From Trueperaceae bacterium (lineage in GTDB: Bacteria; Deinococcota; Deinococci; Deinococcales; Trueperaceae): a DNA stretch of 64,000 nt. Under the pieces are notes generated by a model, which was not told where the DNA came from, did no database searches, and was given only the letters and a program-made list of their open reading frames with translations. Location of the stretch: the NCBI GenBank assembly GCA_051649365.1, contig JBOFGY010000135.1, positions 9,842 through 73,841 on the forward strand, read 5' to 3'. A program made the translations under genes and the position numbers. Within the stretch, counting starts at the first letter, position 1, and every line of letters starts with the position of its first letter. Shown piece after piece: positions 8,872-17,612 of this stretch.

Positions 8872-9108
8872 ATGATTTTACGAGCCAACCGCAGTCCTTT
8901 GACGATTAAAGAAGGCATTGCCGTTTTGACACACTATCCAGAATTTTTGCAAAACAATAATTGTTTCTCCTTGTTTGCTTCGCGCACCACAGACCAGCGT
9001 GTACATGCCTTGTGGATTAGCGAGAAGCAACCTAAACTTGGTTGGTGCTGGGATAGAAATCCGCATACCTGGTTGGGCTCGGTTTCGTGCGGAGCCCTAG
9101 TTAGTTAG
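8872..9108 (+). CDS. hypothetical protein (78 aa)
   Basis: ORF only. Trp/Cys-containing motif KLGWCWDRNPHTWLGS. Overlaps the convergent regulator gene by 4 nt. Family not recognised. Confidence 0.35.
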   Translation: MILRANRSPLTIKEGIAVLTHYPEFLQNNNCFSLFASRTTDQRVHALWISEKQPKLGWCWDRNPHTWLGSVSCGALVS

Positions 9109-10106
9109 ACAAGATTTCCCTTGGCAAGTTCTATTGCACGTTTTGCTAAGTCCTCAAAGGCTTTTTTCAAAGCAGTAGGCTCAAGCACTTTCACGGCGTA
9201 GGGAAGCTCGAGCAAATACACAACCACGCGCCAGAACCATTCTGGGTGTGCCATCACCGTGAGCATCACACCATCATCAACAGGCTCGAGCGTCGCTATA
9301 TAAGCGGGAATATATTTGCTGGCTTCTACTAAGTTTGTTTGCAACAGAACGCGGCAGGGAACACTGCCAGGAAACGGTGCTTGGGCAAGTGATTCACTAA
9401 TTGTTTTGAAGGCGTTAAAGTTTTTGGGTGGCTTGAAAGTCTCACCTGTAGTTTTTAATATCTCGAGCCTGTCTAGCCTAAATGTTCTTACATCTTTTCG
9501 CAAATGGCAATAGCCAGCGACATACCAATTGTTATTGAGATAAACGATGCCGTAAGGGTCTAGCTTTCGGTAGGTAAAACCGCTCTCGTGCGAACGATAG
9601 CGAACCTCGAGCCTTTCCTTATGCTGCACCGCTTGCGAGACATCGAGCATCGTGTGGCTTTCTACCTTGTCCAGCTTGAGTGGTTCAGATGTTTCGGTCT
9701 CGAGTGTTTGCAACACAGAATCTATGCGCTCACCAAGGCTTTCACTCAGGACGTGCTCGAGACGTTTAAACGCGCTCTCGGCAGCTTTGGCAAGTTTGGG
9801 TGTTTTCGTGCGTTGAGCTTGTTTTAAGCCTAACGCCAGGACGAGGGCTTCATCATCTGTAAAACGCAAGGCTGGTAAAAGCGAGCCCCGTCCTAATGTG
9901 ACTCCGCCGCCGCGCCCTGGCAGGGTTTCTACTTCAATCTCGAGGTCTTGGAGTCTTGCAAGGTCACGGCGGATGGTGCGTTCGCTTACACCAAAATGTT
10001 CTGCTAGAGCTTGTGTGGTGAGTTGCTTTTGTCCACGCAGTAAGTCAACCATTGCAAAAAGCCTGTCAGTGAGTCCATTCATTCTAAAAGGAATCATACT
10101 TGACAA
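9105..10106 (-). CDS. YafY-type transcriptional regulator (N-terminal HTH plus WYL domain)
   Basis: HTH region LTTQALAEHFGVSERTIRRDLARL. WYL region NWYVAGYCHLRKDVRTFRLDRL. The start may be the internal MNGLTDRLF (10082). Confidence 0.85.
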   Translation of the reverse strand: MSSMIPFRMNGLTDRLFAMVDLLRGQKQLTTQALAEHFGVSERTIRRDLARLQDLEIEVETLPGRGGGVTLGRGSLLPALRFTDDEALVLALGLKQAQRTKTPKLAKAAESAFKRLEHVLSESLGERIDSVLQTLETETSEPLKLDKVESHTMLDVSQAVQHKERLEVRYRSHESGFTYRKLDPYGIVYLNNNWYVAGYCHLRKDVRTFRLDRLEILKTTGETFKPPKNFNAFKTISESLAQAPFPGSVPCRVLLQTNLVEASKYIPAYIATLEPVDDGVMLTVMAHPEWFWRVVVYLLELPYAVKVLEPTALKKAFEDLAKRAIELAKGNLV

Positions 10107-10116
10107 TGCGCCTAAA

Positions 10117-10137
10117 CCTGGTCAAATCGTGTCCAGG
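10117..10137. promoter_or_regulatory. palindromic motif copy 1 (CCTGGTCA-N5-TGTCCAGG) in the divergent regulator / epoxide hydrolase region
   Basis: CCTGGTCAAATCGTGTCCAGG lies 11 nt from the regulator ORF start and ~155 nt upstream of the hydrolase start. Flanks are shared with copies 2 and 3 (CTAAAyCTGG.CA-N5-TGTCCAGGTT...TTTT). Confidence 0.5.
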
Positions 10138-10293
10138 TTTCGTTTTATCTTTTTGCTATGAGGCACCCAAAAAGAACCCCAAGCCTCGAAAGGAGAAGTG
10201 ATGAAATCCAGGTGGCACGAGGTCTTAGCAATCGTTGTAGCAAGTTGTTTAGGTTTTCATTTCAGTTATTCCCAAACAGAAAAGGAGAATGCT

Positions 10294-11439
10294 ATGAACG
10301 TTACACCCTTTACGATCAATGTTTCTCAAGAGGTGCTCGAGGATTTGCAATATCGTTTGGCGAACACACGCTGGCCTGATGAAGCTGACGGGGCAGGCTG
10401 GGAGTACGGCACAAACTTGGGCTATATGAAAGAGCTTGTGGACTACTGGCAAAACGAATACGACTGGCGCGAGCAAGAAGCAAAGCTCAACACCTTCAAA
10501 CAGTTCAAAGCTGATGTTGATGGCACAGAGATTCATTTCATCCATGAACGCGGCAAAGGCCCAAATCCCACGCCCCTCTTGTTACTTCATGGCTGGCCTG
10601 ACTCTTTCTACCGATTCTATAAACTCATTCCGATGCTGACCGACCCCTCGAGCTTTGGCGGTGACCCAGATCACTCTTTTGATGTCATCGTGCCTTCGCT
10701 GCCTGGGTTTGGTTTTTCGGAAAAGAGTGAAGTGAAATCAACCAGAGCCGCCGAACTCTTGACAACGTTAATGACTGACGTGCTTGGCTATGAGAAGTTT
10801 GGCGTACATGGTGGTGATATTGGAGCCAGAGTGACAAGGTTGATAGCCGCAACGCATCCTGAGAGTCTTCTCGGTATCCACATGACGGACATTGGCTTTC
10901 CAGGTGATATTAGTTTTACGCCTGACTTATCTAACCCTTCACCAGCCGAGCAGGGATTTCTCGGTTCTGTTCAAGGCTGGTTTTTTCAAGAAGGTGCTTA
11001 CGCAATGCTGCAATCTACCAAACCGCAGACAATTTCTTACAGCTTGAATGATTCACCTGTTGGTTTAGCTGCCTGGATTGTCGAGAAGTTTCGCTCATGG
11101 AGTGATTGCAATGGCACTATTGAAGCGTGTTACAGCGAAGATGAACTTCTTACCAACATCATGATTTATTGGCTGACCGAAACAATATCTTCTTCGGCGC
11201 GTCTCTATTACGAGGATGCACGTTCAGGGCCACAGCTTCAAGCAGGGCAATATCTTGAAGTTCCCGCAGGTGTGGCTACTTTTCCGAAAGACCTCACTGT
11301 GCCACCGCGTGAAACGGGCGAGCGGTTCTTGCGCGTGAAGCAGTGGACGAAGATGCCCAAGGGTGGACACTTCGCAGCCTTGGAGCAACCAGAATTGTTA
11401 GTTCAGGATATAAGCACGTTCTTCAATCAACTCCGCTAA
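10294..11439 (+). CDS. epoxide hydrolase (N-terminal EHN domain plus alpha/beta hydrolase fold)
   Basis: MNVTPFTINVSQEVLEDLQYRLANTRWPDE...YDWREQEAKLN...IHFIHERG...LLLLHGWPDSF is the microsomal-type epoxide hydrolase N-terminal pattern. I prefer ATG 10294 (AAGGAGA SD 6 nt upstream) over 10198. Confidence 0.85.
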   Translation: MNVTPFTINVSQEVLEDLQYRLANTRWPDEADGAGWEYGTNLGYMKELVDYWQNEYDWREQEAKLNTFKQFKADVDGTEIHFIHERGKGPNPTPLLLLHGWPDSFYRFYKLIPMLTDPSSFGGDPDHSFDVIVPSLPGFGFSEKSEVKSTRAAELLTTLMTDVLGYEKFGVHGGDIGARVTRLIAATHPESLLGIHMTDIGFPGDISFTPDLSNPSPAEQGFLGSVQGWFFQEGAYAMLQSTKPQTISYSLNDSPVGLAAWIVEKFRSWSDCNGTIEACYSEDELLTNIMIYWLTETISSSARLYYEDARSGPQLQAGQYLEVPAGVATFPKDLTVPPRETGERFLRVKQWTKMPKGGHFAALEQPELLVQDISTFFNQLR

Positions 11440-11454
11440 AGTTCTCTTTCTAAA

Positions 11455-11475
11455 TCTGGACAGTTTTTGTCCAGG
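11455..11475. promoter_or_regulatory. palindromic motif copy 2 (TCTGGACA-N5-TGTCCAGG) within a ~75-bp repeated leader
   Basis: TCTGGACAGTTTTTGTCCAGG is followed by a T-run, ~50 nt upstream of the VOC gene. The stretch 11449-11523 is ~85% identical to 13036-13112. It could also act as a terminator hairpin. Confidence 0.5.
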
Positions 11476-11523
11476 TTCTTTTTTACTCTTTTTGTAGAGG
11501 TTGAGACCTAGAGAGGAGAAAAA

Positions 11524-11889
11524 ATGAAACTCGATCATATTAATTTAACGGTTAGCGATGTCATAAAAGCAAGTACGTTTTTGAAAAAACACCTTGGCTA
11601 TAAAGATGTGTTTGACGACAATAATGCTGGCATGGCAGCTCTGAGCGACGGAAGCGGTATGCACGTTCTTTTGATGAAAGGCTCGAGGGCGACTTATCCT
11701 AAATATTTTCACATTGGCTTTGATATGGAGACGGAAGCAAATGTCAGTGCAGTCTATGACAGGCTTAAAGCTGACGGCATAGAGACTAACCCACCTGAAC
11801 ACACCGCTTGGGGGTCGTGGACGTTTAATTTTAAGTGTCCTGGCAGTGACTTCACGATTGAAGTTGCTTGTGCAAGCGAAGAAAATTAA
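11524..11889 (+). CDS. VOC-family protein (glyoxalase / bleomycin-resistance / dioxygenase fold)
   Basis: 121 aa. MKLDHINLTVSD...FLKKHLG...FHIGF is the typical VOC beta-alpha-beta-beta-beta module. Confidence 0.8.
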   Translation: MKLDHINLTVSDVIKASTFLKKHLGYKDVFDDNNAGMAALSDGSGMHVLLMKGSRATYPKYFHIGFDMETEANVSAVYDRLKADGIETNPPEHTAWGSWTFNFKCPGSDFTIEVACASEEN

Positions 11890-11942
11890 AAATCTTGAAA
11901 TGTTTGGTGTATTTTAATTATGTGTCTGGAGAAAAAGTAACG

Positions 11943-13013
11943 ATGAATCAAGCAAAGGTCGCCCTGCACCGCCTTCACGTTCAGGGCATCACGACGCAGA
12001 AGTTTGCAACCCCCGCAGAGGTGGTGCGTTGGCACTGTGCGGTGCAAGCTCAAGATTATTTAAGCTCCTTGTGGGCAATTGGGTTACGAATGCAAGCCTC
12101 GAGCGAGAGCCATATCGAGCGTGCGGTTGCAGAGAAAAGTATTGTCCGCACTTGGCCGATGCGCGGCACGATTCACTTTGTCGCCCCTGAAGATGCACGG
12201 TGGATGCTAAAGCACTTCACGCCTCGAGTCATTGCTCGCAGTAGGGGGCGGTATCGCCAGTTAGAGCTTGATGATGCAGTATTTTCAAAAAGCAGTAAGG
12301 TTCTAACAAAAGCGTTGCAAGGTGGTAAGTCTTTAACGCGAAATGCACTCTACGAGGTTTTAGAAAAAGCAAATATTTCTACATCTGCGAGTCGTGGGCC
12401 TCACATCATCGGTCATCTTGCACAGGAGGGATTGCTTTGTTTTGGAGCACGTCATGGGAAACAACCCACCTTTGTTTTGCTCGAGGAGTGGCTACCGTCC
12501 GCTAAATTTTTAGAGCGCGACGAGGCTATTGCTGAACTTACCAAACGGTACTTCTCGAGTCACGGGCCAGCGACGTTGCAAGATTTCGCGTGGTGGTCAG
12601 GGTTGACTATGACAGAGGCGAAAGAAGGACTCGAAGATGTTAAAACGGAGTTGCATCAAAAAGAAGTTGAGGGTCAAACTTATTGGTTCACTGAAGATGG
12701 AGTGACAGTCAATTCAGAGAAGGCTTACTTGCTCCCTTTCTTTGATGAATTCCTCGTTGCTTACAAAGACCGCACGGCGGCCCTCGAGCCTTCGCATACA
12801 AAGCAAGTTAACGCTGGTGGCGGCTTACTCAATCCGACGATTGTCTTGAATGGTCAAGTCATCGGTACTTGGAAGCGTACACTCAAAAAAGCTGAAGTAA
12901 TTATCCACTTGAGTCCGTTTGCTAGGCTCGAGGATAGCCAGCTAGAAAAAATCACACGGGCGGCACAAGGTTACGCTGAATTTATTGGTAAGGCAGCTCG
13001 AGTCATACTGTAG
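11943..13013 (+). CDS. winged-helix DNA glycosylase-like protein (AlkZ/YcaQ, DUF1006 family)
   Basis: 356 aa. The motifs VVRWHCAVQAQDY (Q-x-Q catalytic-type motif as I recall for AlkZ), RTWPMRGTIHFV and FAWWSGL fit the family pattern. ATG 11943 is preceded by GGAGAAA. Confidence 0.7.
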   Translation: MNQAKVALHRLHVQGITTQKFATPAEVVRWHCAVQAQDYLSSLWAIGLRMQASSESHIERAVAEKSIVRTWPMRGTIHFVAPEDARWMLKHFTPRVIARSRGRYRQLELDDAVFSKSSKVLTKALQGGKSLTRNALYEVLEKANISTSASRGPHIIGHLAQEGLLCFGARHGKQPTFVLLEEWLPSAKFLERDEAIAELTKRYFSSHGPATLQDFAWWSGLTMTEAKEGLEDVKTELHQKEVEGQTYWFTEDGVTVNSEKAYLLPFFDEFLVAYKDRTAALEPSHTKQVNAGGGLLNPTIVLNGQVIGTWKRTLKKAEVIIHLSPFARLEDSQLEKITRAAQGYAEFIGKAARVIL

Positions 13014-13041
13014 CAACAAGTTTTATCCAGACACTCCTAAA

Positions 13042-13062
13042 TCTGGACAGTTTTTGTCCAGG
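13042..13062. promoter_or_regulatory. palindromic motif copy 3 (TCTGGACA-N5-TGTCCAGG)
   Basis: Identical 21-mer to copy 2, ~50 nt upstream of the DJ-1/PfpI gene. An extra half-site-like TCCAGA lies at 13026-13031. Confidence 0.5.
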
Positions 13063-13112
13063 TTCTTTTTTATGCTTTTTTTAGAGGCTAAAGACCTCGA
13101 GAGGAGTAAGCA

Positions 13113-13706
13113 ATGAAAAAGAAAGCATACGTTTTAGTCTTTGATGGGTTTGCGGATTGGGAACCTGCCCACGCTTTATGTGGGATTGCCATGTCAGGAA
13201 AGCTCGAGATAGTAAATGTTGGATTTTCGCTCGAGCCGATTCGTTCAATGGGTGGACTCAAAGTAGTTCCAGATATTACTTTGGAGCAAGTTGTTCCCTC
13301 GCAAGCAGCCATTTTTATTTTGCCAGGTGGCACGAGATGGGAACAGAGCGAGAGTCCTGAAATTACTGAGTTCCTGCACAAGTTACAAGCTGAAAAAGTT
13401 CTTGTTGCTGCGATTTGTGGGGCGACGCTCGAGGTTGCTAGAGCAGGCTTAACGAAGGGTGTAAAGCACAGTAGCAATGCGCTCGAGTATTTCAAAATGA
13501 ATCTTCCTGACTACAAAGATGAAGCGTTCTATGTCAACGAGCCAGCCGTCACTGATGGGTTGCTGATTACGGCGGGTGCTGTGTACAGCGTCGAGTTTGC
13601 ACGAGAAATCTTTAAGAGACTCGAGACCTTTAGTGAAACTCAGATAGAAGCCTGGTTCAATCTTTATAAGCACGGTATCTGGTCACCAGAACTCGCCGCC
13701 GCTTAG
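13113..13706 (+). CDS. DJ-1/PfpI-family protein (type 1 glutamine amidotransferase-like fold)
   Basis: 197 aa. The nucleophile-elbow context VLVAAICGATL and the LPGG motif are typical of DJ-1/PfpI. Confidence 0.75.
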   Translation: MKKKAYVLVFDGFADWEPAHALCGIAMSGKLEIVNVGFSLEPIRSMGGLKVVPDITLEQVVPSQAAIFILPGGTRWEQSESPEITEFLHKLQAEKVLVAAICGATLEVARAGLTKGVKHSSNALEYFKMNLPDYKDEAFYVNEPAVTDGLLITAGAVYSVEFAREIFKRLETFSETQIEAWFNLYKHGIWSPELAAA

Positions 13707-13729
13707 ACGATTCGTTGAAAGGAGTAAAC

Positions 13730-14170
13730 ATGTTACAGGGAATCACGACCATTTCTTATTGGGCGGAAGATGTAGCTGCCGCAAAAAAGTGGTACAGCGA
13801 ACTCTTAGGCATCGAACCTTATTTCAACGTGCCAAACGAGGATGGGTCACTGGGTTACACCGAATTTCGCATTGGTGATTATCAGCACGAGCTGGGAATC
13901 ATTGACCGCCGTTTTGCGCCCTTTGATGCTTCAGTGACGCACACGGCAGGCGCGGTTGTTTACTGGCACGTTTCTAATGTGGCAGAAACGCTCGAGAAAC
14001 TGCTGGCGATGGGAGCAAGAGAACTCGAGGCTCTTAAAGATCGTGGCGAAGGGTTTATAACAGCTTCTGTCGCTGACCCTTTTGGAAATATTTTGGGAAT
14101 CATGTACAACCCGCATTATCTAAAAATATTGAATCAAATAAAACAAGACATGAAAGGCGAAAAATCATGA
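13730..14170 (+). CDS. VOC-family protein (glyoxalase-like)
   Basis: MLQGITTISYWAEDVAAAKKWYSELLG...GARELEALKDRGEGFITASVADPFGNILGI fits the VOC fold. ATG 13730 is preceded by AAAGGAG. Confidence 0.75.
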   Translation: MLQGITTISYWAEDVAAAKKWYSELLGIEPYFNVPNEDGSLGYTEFRIGDYQHELGIIDRRFAPFDASVTHTAGAVVYWHVSNVAETLEKLLAMGARELEALKDRGEGFITASVADPFGNILGIMYNPHYLKILNQIKQDMKGEKS

Positions 14171-14280
14171 GACTCGATCACGTTAATTTAACAGTTAGCA
14201 CCGCTTGGGGTTCCTGAACCTTTCACTTAAAGTGTCTTGGGGGTGATTTTTCGGTTGAGGTGGCGTGCTCGAGTGAGTAA
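14167..14280 (+). pseudogene. internally deleted, nonsense-bearing copy of the VOC gene at 11524-11889
   Basis: MRLDHVNLTVS joins directly to TAWGS*TFHLKCLGGDFSVEVACSSE*. The intact paralog reads MKLDHINLTVSD...HTAWGSWTFNFKCPGSDFTIEVACASEEN*. TGG has become TGA and ~80 codons are missing. Confidence 0.75.
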
Positions 14281-14290
14281 AAGCTACTTC

Positions 14291-14405
14291 AAGACTTACG
14301 CAAAAAGAGTGAAGTAAGCAGAACAAGGTTGGTTGGCTGTGTTGTTCAAAACCAGCCTTGTTCTCGTAGCTAACCGCATTATTTGAAGAAATATGCGTAA
14401 GTCTT
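14291..14405. terminator. long nested hairpin at a convergent gene junction
   Basis: The outer 12-bp perfect inverted repeat AAGACTTACGCA / TGCGTAAGTCTT encloses the inner pair AGAACAAGGTTGG / CCAGCCTTGTTCT. Confidence 0.5.
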
Positions 14406-14428
14406 TGTACTTGTGAAAGAGTCAAGTC

Positions 14429-15103
14429 TTAAACAGACCTGGCAAGGCGAAAGCCAAGGTCGTCAATCTTGAAGGTCGGATGGCTGCGGCGACGGCAGGT
14501 GGCTCCGCAGCCTCTGGCCTCTTCAGCCCAGCCACCACCACGAAAGACACGATAAGGCCCGTAAACCTGTTCGTCATAAATATCCCAGCACCACTCCCAG
14601 ATATTGCCTAGCATGTCATAAAGACCCCAGGCATTCGGTTCTTTTTTGCCTACTTCTTGAAGAGCGTTGCTCGAGTTGCCACGATACCAGGCGATGGCTT
14701 CCAGTTCTCCGTACCTATACTTTTTATTGCCTGCCTGACATGCGTACTGCCACTCGGCTTCTGTTGGCAAGCGGTAGCCATTTGCCGCCTTATCCCAAAT
14801 GACATGCTCACCGTTCAGTGAATAGCACTCGCTTAGACCTGCCTCGTGGGAAAGCCAATTGCAAAACAAAACCGCGTCATACCACGAGACGTTGACCACA
14901 GGCTTGTGACCGTTGCCAGAAAAAGTAGCTGCTGCCTTTGTCATGCTCAGATAAAACGCTGTCGTCACTGGATATTGACCGAGAAGGAAAGGGTCGAGTT
15001 CGACACGCCATTGCTTTTTGACGCGATCATCTCTCAACTCTATTACGCCGCCTGGAATACTGATGATGGGGTAAAGAGTCGGTTTTTCTTTTGTTTGTAA
15101 CAA
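14429..15103 (-). CDS. formylglycine-generating enzyme (SUMF1/FGE-sulfatase) family protein
   Basis: WYDAVLFCNWLS...YRLPTEAEWQYA...GNIWEWCWD...RVFRGGGW...GFRLARS are hallmark FGE-family motifs. Confidence 0.8.
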   Translation of the reverse strand: MLQTKEKPTLYPIISIPGGVIELRDDRVKKQWRVELDPFLLGQYPVTTAFYLSMTKAAATFSGNGHKPVVNVSWYDAVLFCNWLSHEAGLSECYSLNGEHVIWDKAANGYRLPTEAEWQYACQAGNKKYRYGELEAIAWYRGNSSNALQEVGKKEPNAWGLYDMLGNIWEWCWDIYDEQVYGPYRVFRGGGWAEEARGCGATCRRRSHPTFKIDDLGFRLARSV

Positions 15104-15135
15104 AGTGCTTTCTCCAATTTGTGTTTTCAGGATGC

Positions 15136-16563
15136 CTAAGAGAGTTTCCAGCGACTGCCCTCTGCGGTATCCTCGAGCGTAATCCCAAGCTCTGCCAGGC
15201 GGTTTCTAATTTCATCAGAGTTCTTAAAATCCCTGCGCTGCCGTGCTTCCTGACGTTGATTCATAATGAGTTGCAAGAGTCCATCAAGCATATTCGTATC
15301 GCTTTGCCCTGTTTCGCTCGAGTCCAAGGTGATACCCAAAATATCCCCAAGCAAATCCTCAAAAAATTTTTTCGCTGCGTTGATATAACTTTTTGCTGGC
15401 TTCGTTGCGAGTTTGCCGTTGATGTCTCTGGTGGCATCAAACAAAACCGCGATGGCTTGTGGTGTGTTGAGGTCATCATTCATCGCTTCGGCAAAGTCGG
15501 CACGTTCCTTGCTAAAGGGGTCATCTGTAAAACCACTCTCGTCACTGAGGCGTTTAAGTTCCAGATAGGCTTCGCGCAGACGCTTTAACCCTTGTACGGA
15601 ACCAAGCAAACTTTCTTCACTAAAATCTGAGAGGCTGCGGTAGTGCGAACGCAGCATATGAAAGCGAACTTCGGCTGGGTCGTAGTTGCTCAGCAGTTCT
15701 TGCAGCGTGACAAAATGACCTTTGGACTTGGCCATCTTTTCACCGCCAAGTGTAATCATGTTCCAGTGCATCCAAACCCTTGCAAACTTTTTCCCTGCGG
15801 CTTTTGCCTGAGCGATTTCGCATTCGTGGTGTGGAAAAATCAAATCCAGACCGCCACCGTGAATATCAAACTCGTCACCAAGATATTTGGTGCTCATCAC
15901 CGAGCATTCGATGTGCCAGCCAGGAAAGCCTTCACCCCAAGGGCTATTCCAGCGCATGATGTGTTCGGGTTCGGCGCGTTTCCACAGAGCAAAATCTCGC
16001 GGGTCATCTTTATCACTGCGAACGGCAACGCGCGTTCCTTCTATCTGGTCATCAGAATTGCGCCCAGAGAGTTCGCCGTACTCTTTCCATTCGGAGACAT
16101 CAAAATACACACTGCCGTCACGCTCGTAAGCAAGACCGCGCTTGATGAGTTCTTCGGTCATTTCAATTTGTTCGATGATATGCCCTGACGCGCGTGGTAC
16201 GATGTCTGGTCGTCTGATGTTGAGTTTGGCGAGTGAATCAAAATAGGCCCAAAAGTATTTTTCGGCAACTTCCATCGGCTCGAGCTTTTCTAATTTCGCC
16301 CGCTTGAGCATCTTGTCTTCACCTGCGTCACCGTCATCGGTTAAGTGACCTACATCGGTAACATTCAAAACCAGGCGCACTGTGTAGCCTTCATGTTGCA
16401 ACCAGCGTTTGAAGGTGTCAAAGACGATGGGGCCTCTGGCGTGACCCAGGTGGGGTTCAGAGTAAACGGTAGGGCCGCAAAAATAAATCCCCACGCGACC
16501 AGGCACGACGGGCTTAAAGGGTTCTTTTTCTCGAGTCAAGGTGTTGTAAAGTTCTAGTGGCAT
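15136..16563 (-). CDS. cysS: cysteine--tRNA ligase
   Basis: 475 aa. HIGH-type motif HLGHARG and KMSKS-type motif KMAKSKG. Overall class I CysRS pattern. Confidence 0.95.
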   Translation of the reverse strand: MPLELYNTLTREKEPFKPVVPGRVGIYFCGPTVYSEPHLGHARGPIVFDTFKRWLQHEGYTVRLVLNVTDVGHLTDDGDAGEDKMLKRAKLEKLEPMEVAEKYFWAYFDSLAKLNIRRPDIVPRASGHIIEQIEMTEELIKRGLAYERDGSVYFDVSEWKEYGELSGRNSDDQIEGTRVAVRSDKDDPRDFALWKRAEPEHIMRWNSPWGEGFPGWHIECSVMSTKYLGDEFDIHGGGLDLIFPHHECEIAQAKAAGKKFARVWMHWNMITLGGEKMAKSKGHFVTLQELLSNYDPAEVRFHMLRSHYRSLSDFSEESLLGSVQGLKRLREAYLELKRLSDESGFTDDPFSKERADFAEAMNDDLNTPQAIAVLFDATRDINGKLATKPAKSYINAAKKFFEDLLGDILGITLDSSETGQSDTNMLDGLLQLIMNQRQEARQRRDFKNSDEIRNRLAELGITLEDTAEGSRWKLS

Positions 16564-16572
16564 GATAGCTCC

Positions 16573-16607
16573 AGGAGTTGGGAACTAGGAGTTAGGATTT
16601 AGGGTTA
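16573..16607. repeat. degenerate heptanucleotide array
   Basis: AGGAGTT GGGAACT AGGAGTT AGGATTT AGGGTTA lies immediately upstream of the cysS start codon. Confidence 0.7.
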
Positions 16608-16774
16608 AACCATAGCCCGCTAGTAAGAAGTATTCTTTGTATTGTATATGGATTTAGTCAAAGGGTGACGACAGAGGTCAGCACTAACATCGTTGCATAT
16701 TTCGTGATGGCAACCAGAAAGACATACCTTAGTGTAGCACTACAACCCCGTTCTGTCACGTTACACTTTAGCGT

Positions 16775-17392
16775 GTGGGCTATTTAACCGTTGCTAAAAC
16801 GCATGAACGAACTGAAGAGGTAAAGGGCTCGAGCTTTATCGCCTTCGTGACGAGCATAGATTCTTTGAGCGATGTCGAAGCGCACTTGCAAAAGATTCGC
16901 AGCAAACACGAGGACGCAAATCATAACTGCTACGCCTACAAGTTGGGTCAACAGCTTAAATTTTCTGATGACGGTGAACCTGGCGGCACAGCAGGAAGAC
17001 CGATGCTCGAGGTCTTGCAAAAACGCAATTTGGATCACGTGCTCACTGTGGTCACGCGCTACTTTGGTGGTACAAAACTTGGTGCGGGTGGTTTGGTTCG
17101 CGCGTATTCGGGTGCGCTGGCAAAGGCACTGGATGAAGCGGGGGTGCTCGAGGTCAGAGATCGTATATCGCTTTCGTTTGAAGTTCCTTTTGCTGTGATG
17201 GACAGCGTTCACCGTTTTGCAGATAGTGTTACGGGGCTGAAAAGGGAAGAGCTGGAATACACTGCGTCAGGTATGAAGTTATCTGTCAGTATGTTTGCAG
17301 AGGATGAAATGATATTTAAGAAGCAGATTGTTGAGTTGGCTCGAGGGCAGGTTGTTTGGAATGGTTCGTCATTGCGTGTACGGAGTGACTGA
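16775..17392 (+). CDS. yigZ: IMPACT/YigZ-family protein (UPF0029)
   Basis: KGSSFIAFV...HNCYAYKLG...DDGEPGGTAGRPMLEVL...VVTRYFGGTKLGAGGLVRAY is the YigZ signature. GTG start. Confidence 0.85.
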   Translation: MGYLTVAKTHERTEEVKGSSFIAFVTSIDSLSDVEAHLQKIRSKHEDANHNCYAYKLGQQLKFSDDGEPGGTAGRPMLEVLQKRNLDHVLTVVTRYFGGTKLGAGGLVRAYSGALAKALDEAGVLEVRDRISLSFEVPFAVMDSVHRFADSVTGLKREELEYTASGMKLSVSMFAEDEMIFKKQIVELARGQVVWNGSSLRVRSD

Positions 17393-17446
17393 TTGGAGAG
17401 GATAATTGAAAGTATGCAAAGTTGATACTTCACTACAAGAAAACTA

Positions 17447-17612
17447 CCGACGAAGCAATCTCACGTTACTTAACGAACTGACGAGAGATTTCCCAACGGT
17501 TGCAAAACCACTTCATCGTGAACTAAGCCTTGGCGAGATTGCTTCGTGGACGGAGTAACGATAAACTGAATCGGCCTGTGTTGCATTTCTAGCTGAAACT
17601 CGCAATGACGAA
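17447..17612. repeat. long palindromic intergenic element, copy 1 (related to 22309-22500)
   Basis: CGACGAAGCAATCTC ... GAGATTGCTTCGTGG is a 13-bp inverted repeat ~70 nt apart. The element ends with CTCGCAATGACGAA and shares the words GAAGCAATC..GTTTACTTA.CG and CTCGCAATRACGAA with copy 2. Confidence 0.6.

Noticed and set aside
10158-10293. ORF-track starts 10158 and 10198 for the epoxide hydrolase region
   Set aside because: Family N-termini begin at MNVTPFTINV. ATG 10294 has AAGGAGA upstream. The 32-aa extension is not signal-like or conserved-looking.
14195-14425. 76-aa minus ORF between the VOC pseudogene and the FGE-like gene
   Set aside because: It lies across the VOC pseudogene remnant and the long nested hairpin. 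It is better explained as non-coding.
15091-16188. 165-aa and 181-aa + strand ORFs opposite cysS
   Set aside because: They are antisense to a complete CysRS that has its HIGH and KMSKS motifs. There is no independent evidence for them.
16564-16774. T-box or other leader upstream of cysS
   Set aside because: I could not find a specifier loop / T-box consensus (AANNNGGGTGGNACC). The region is dominated by a heptamer array.
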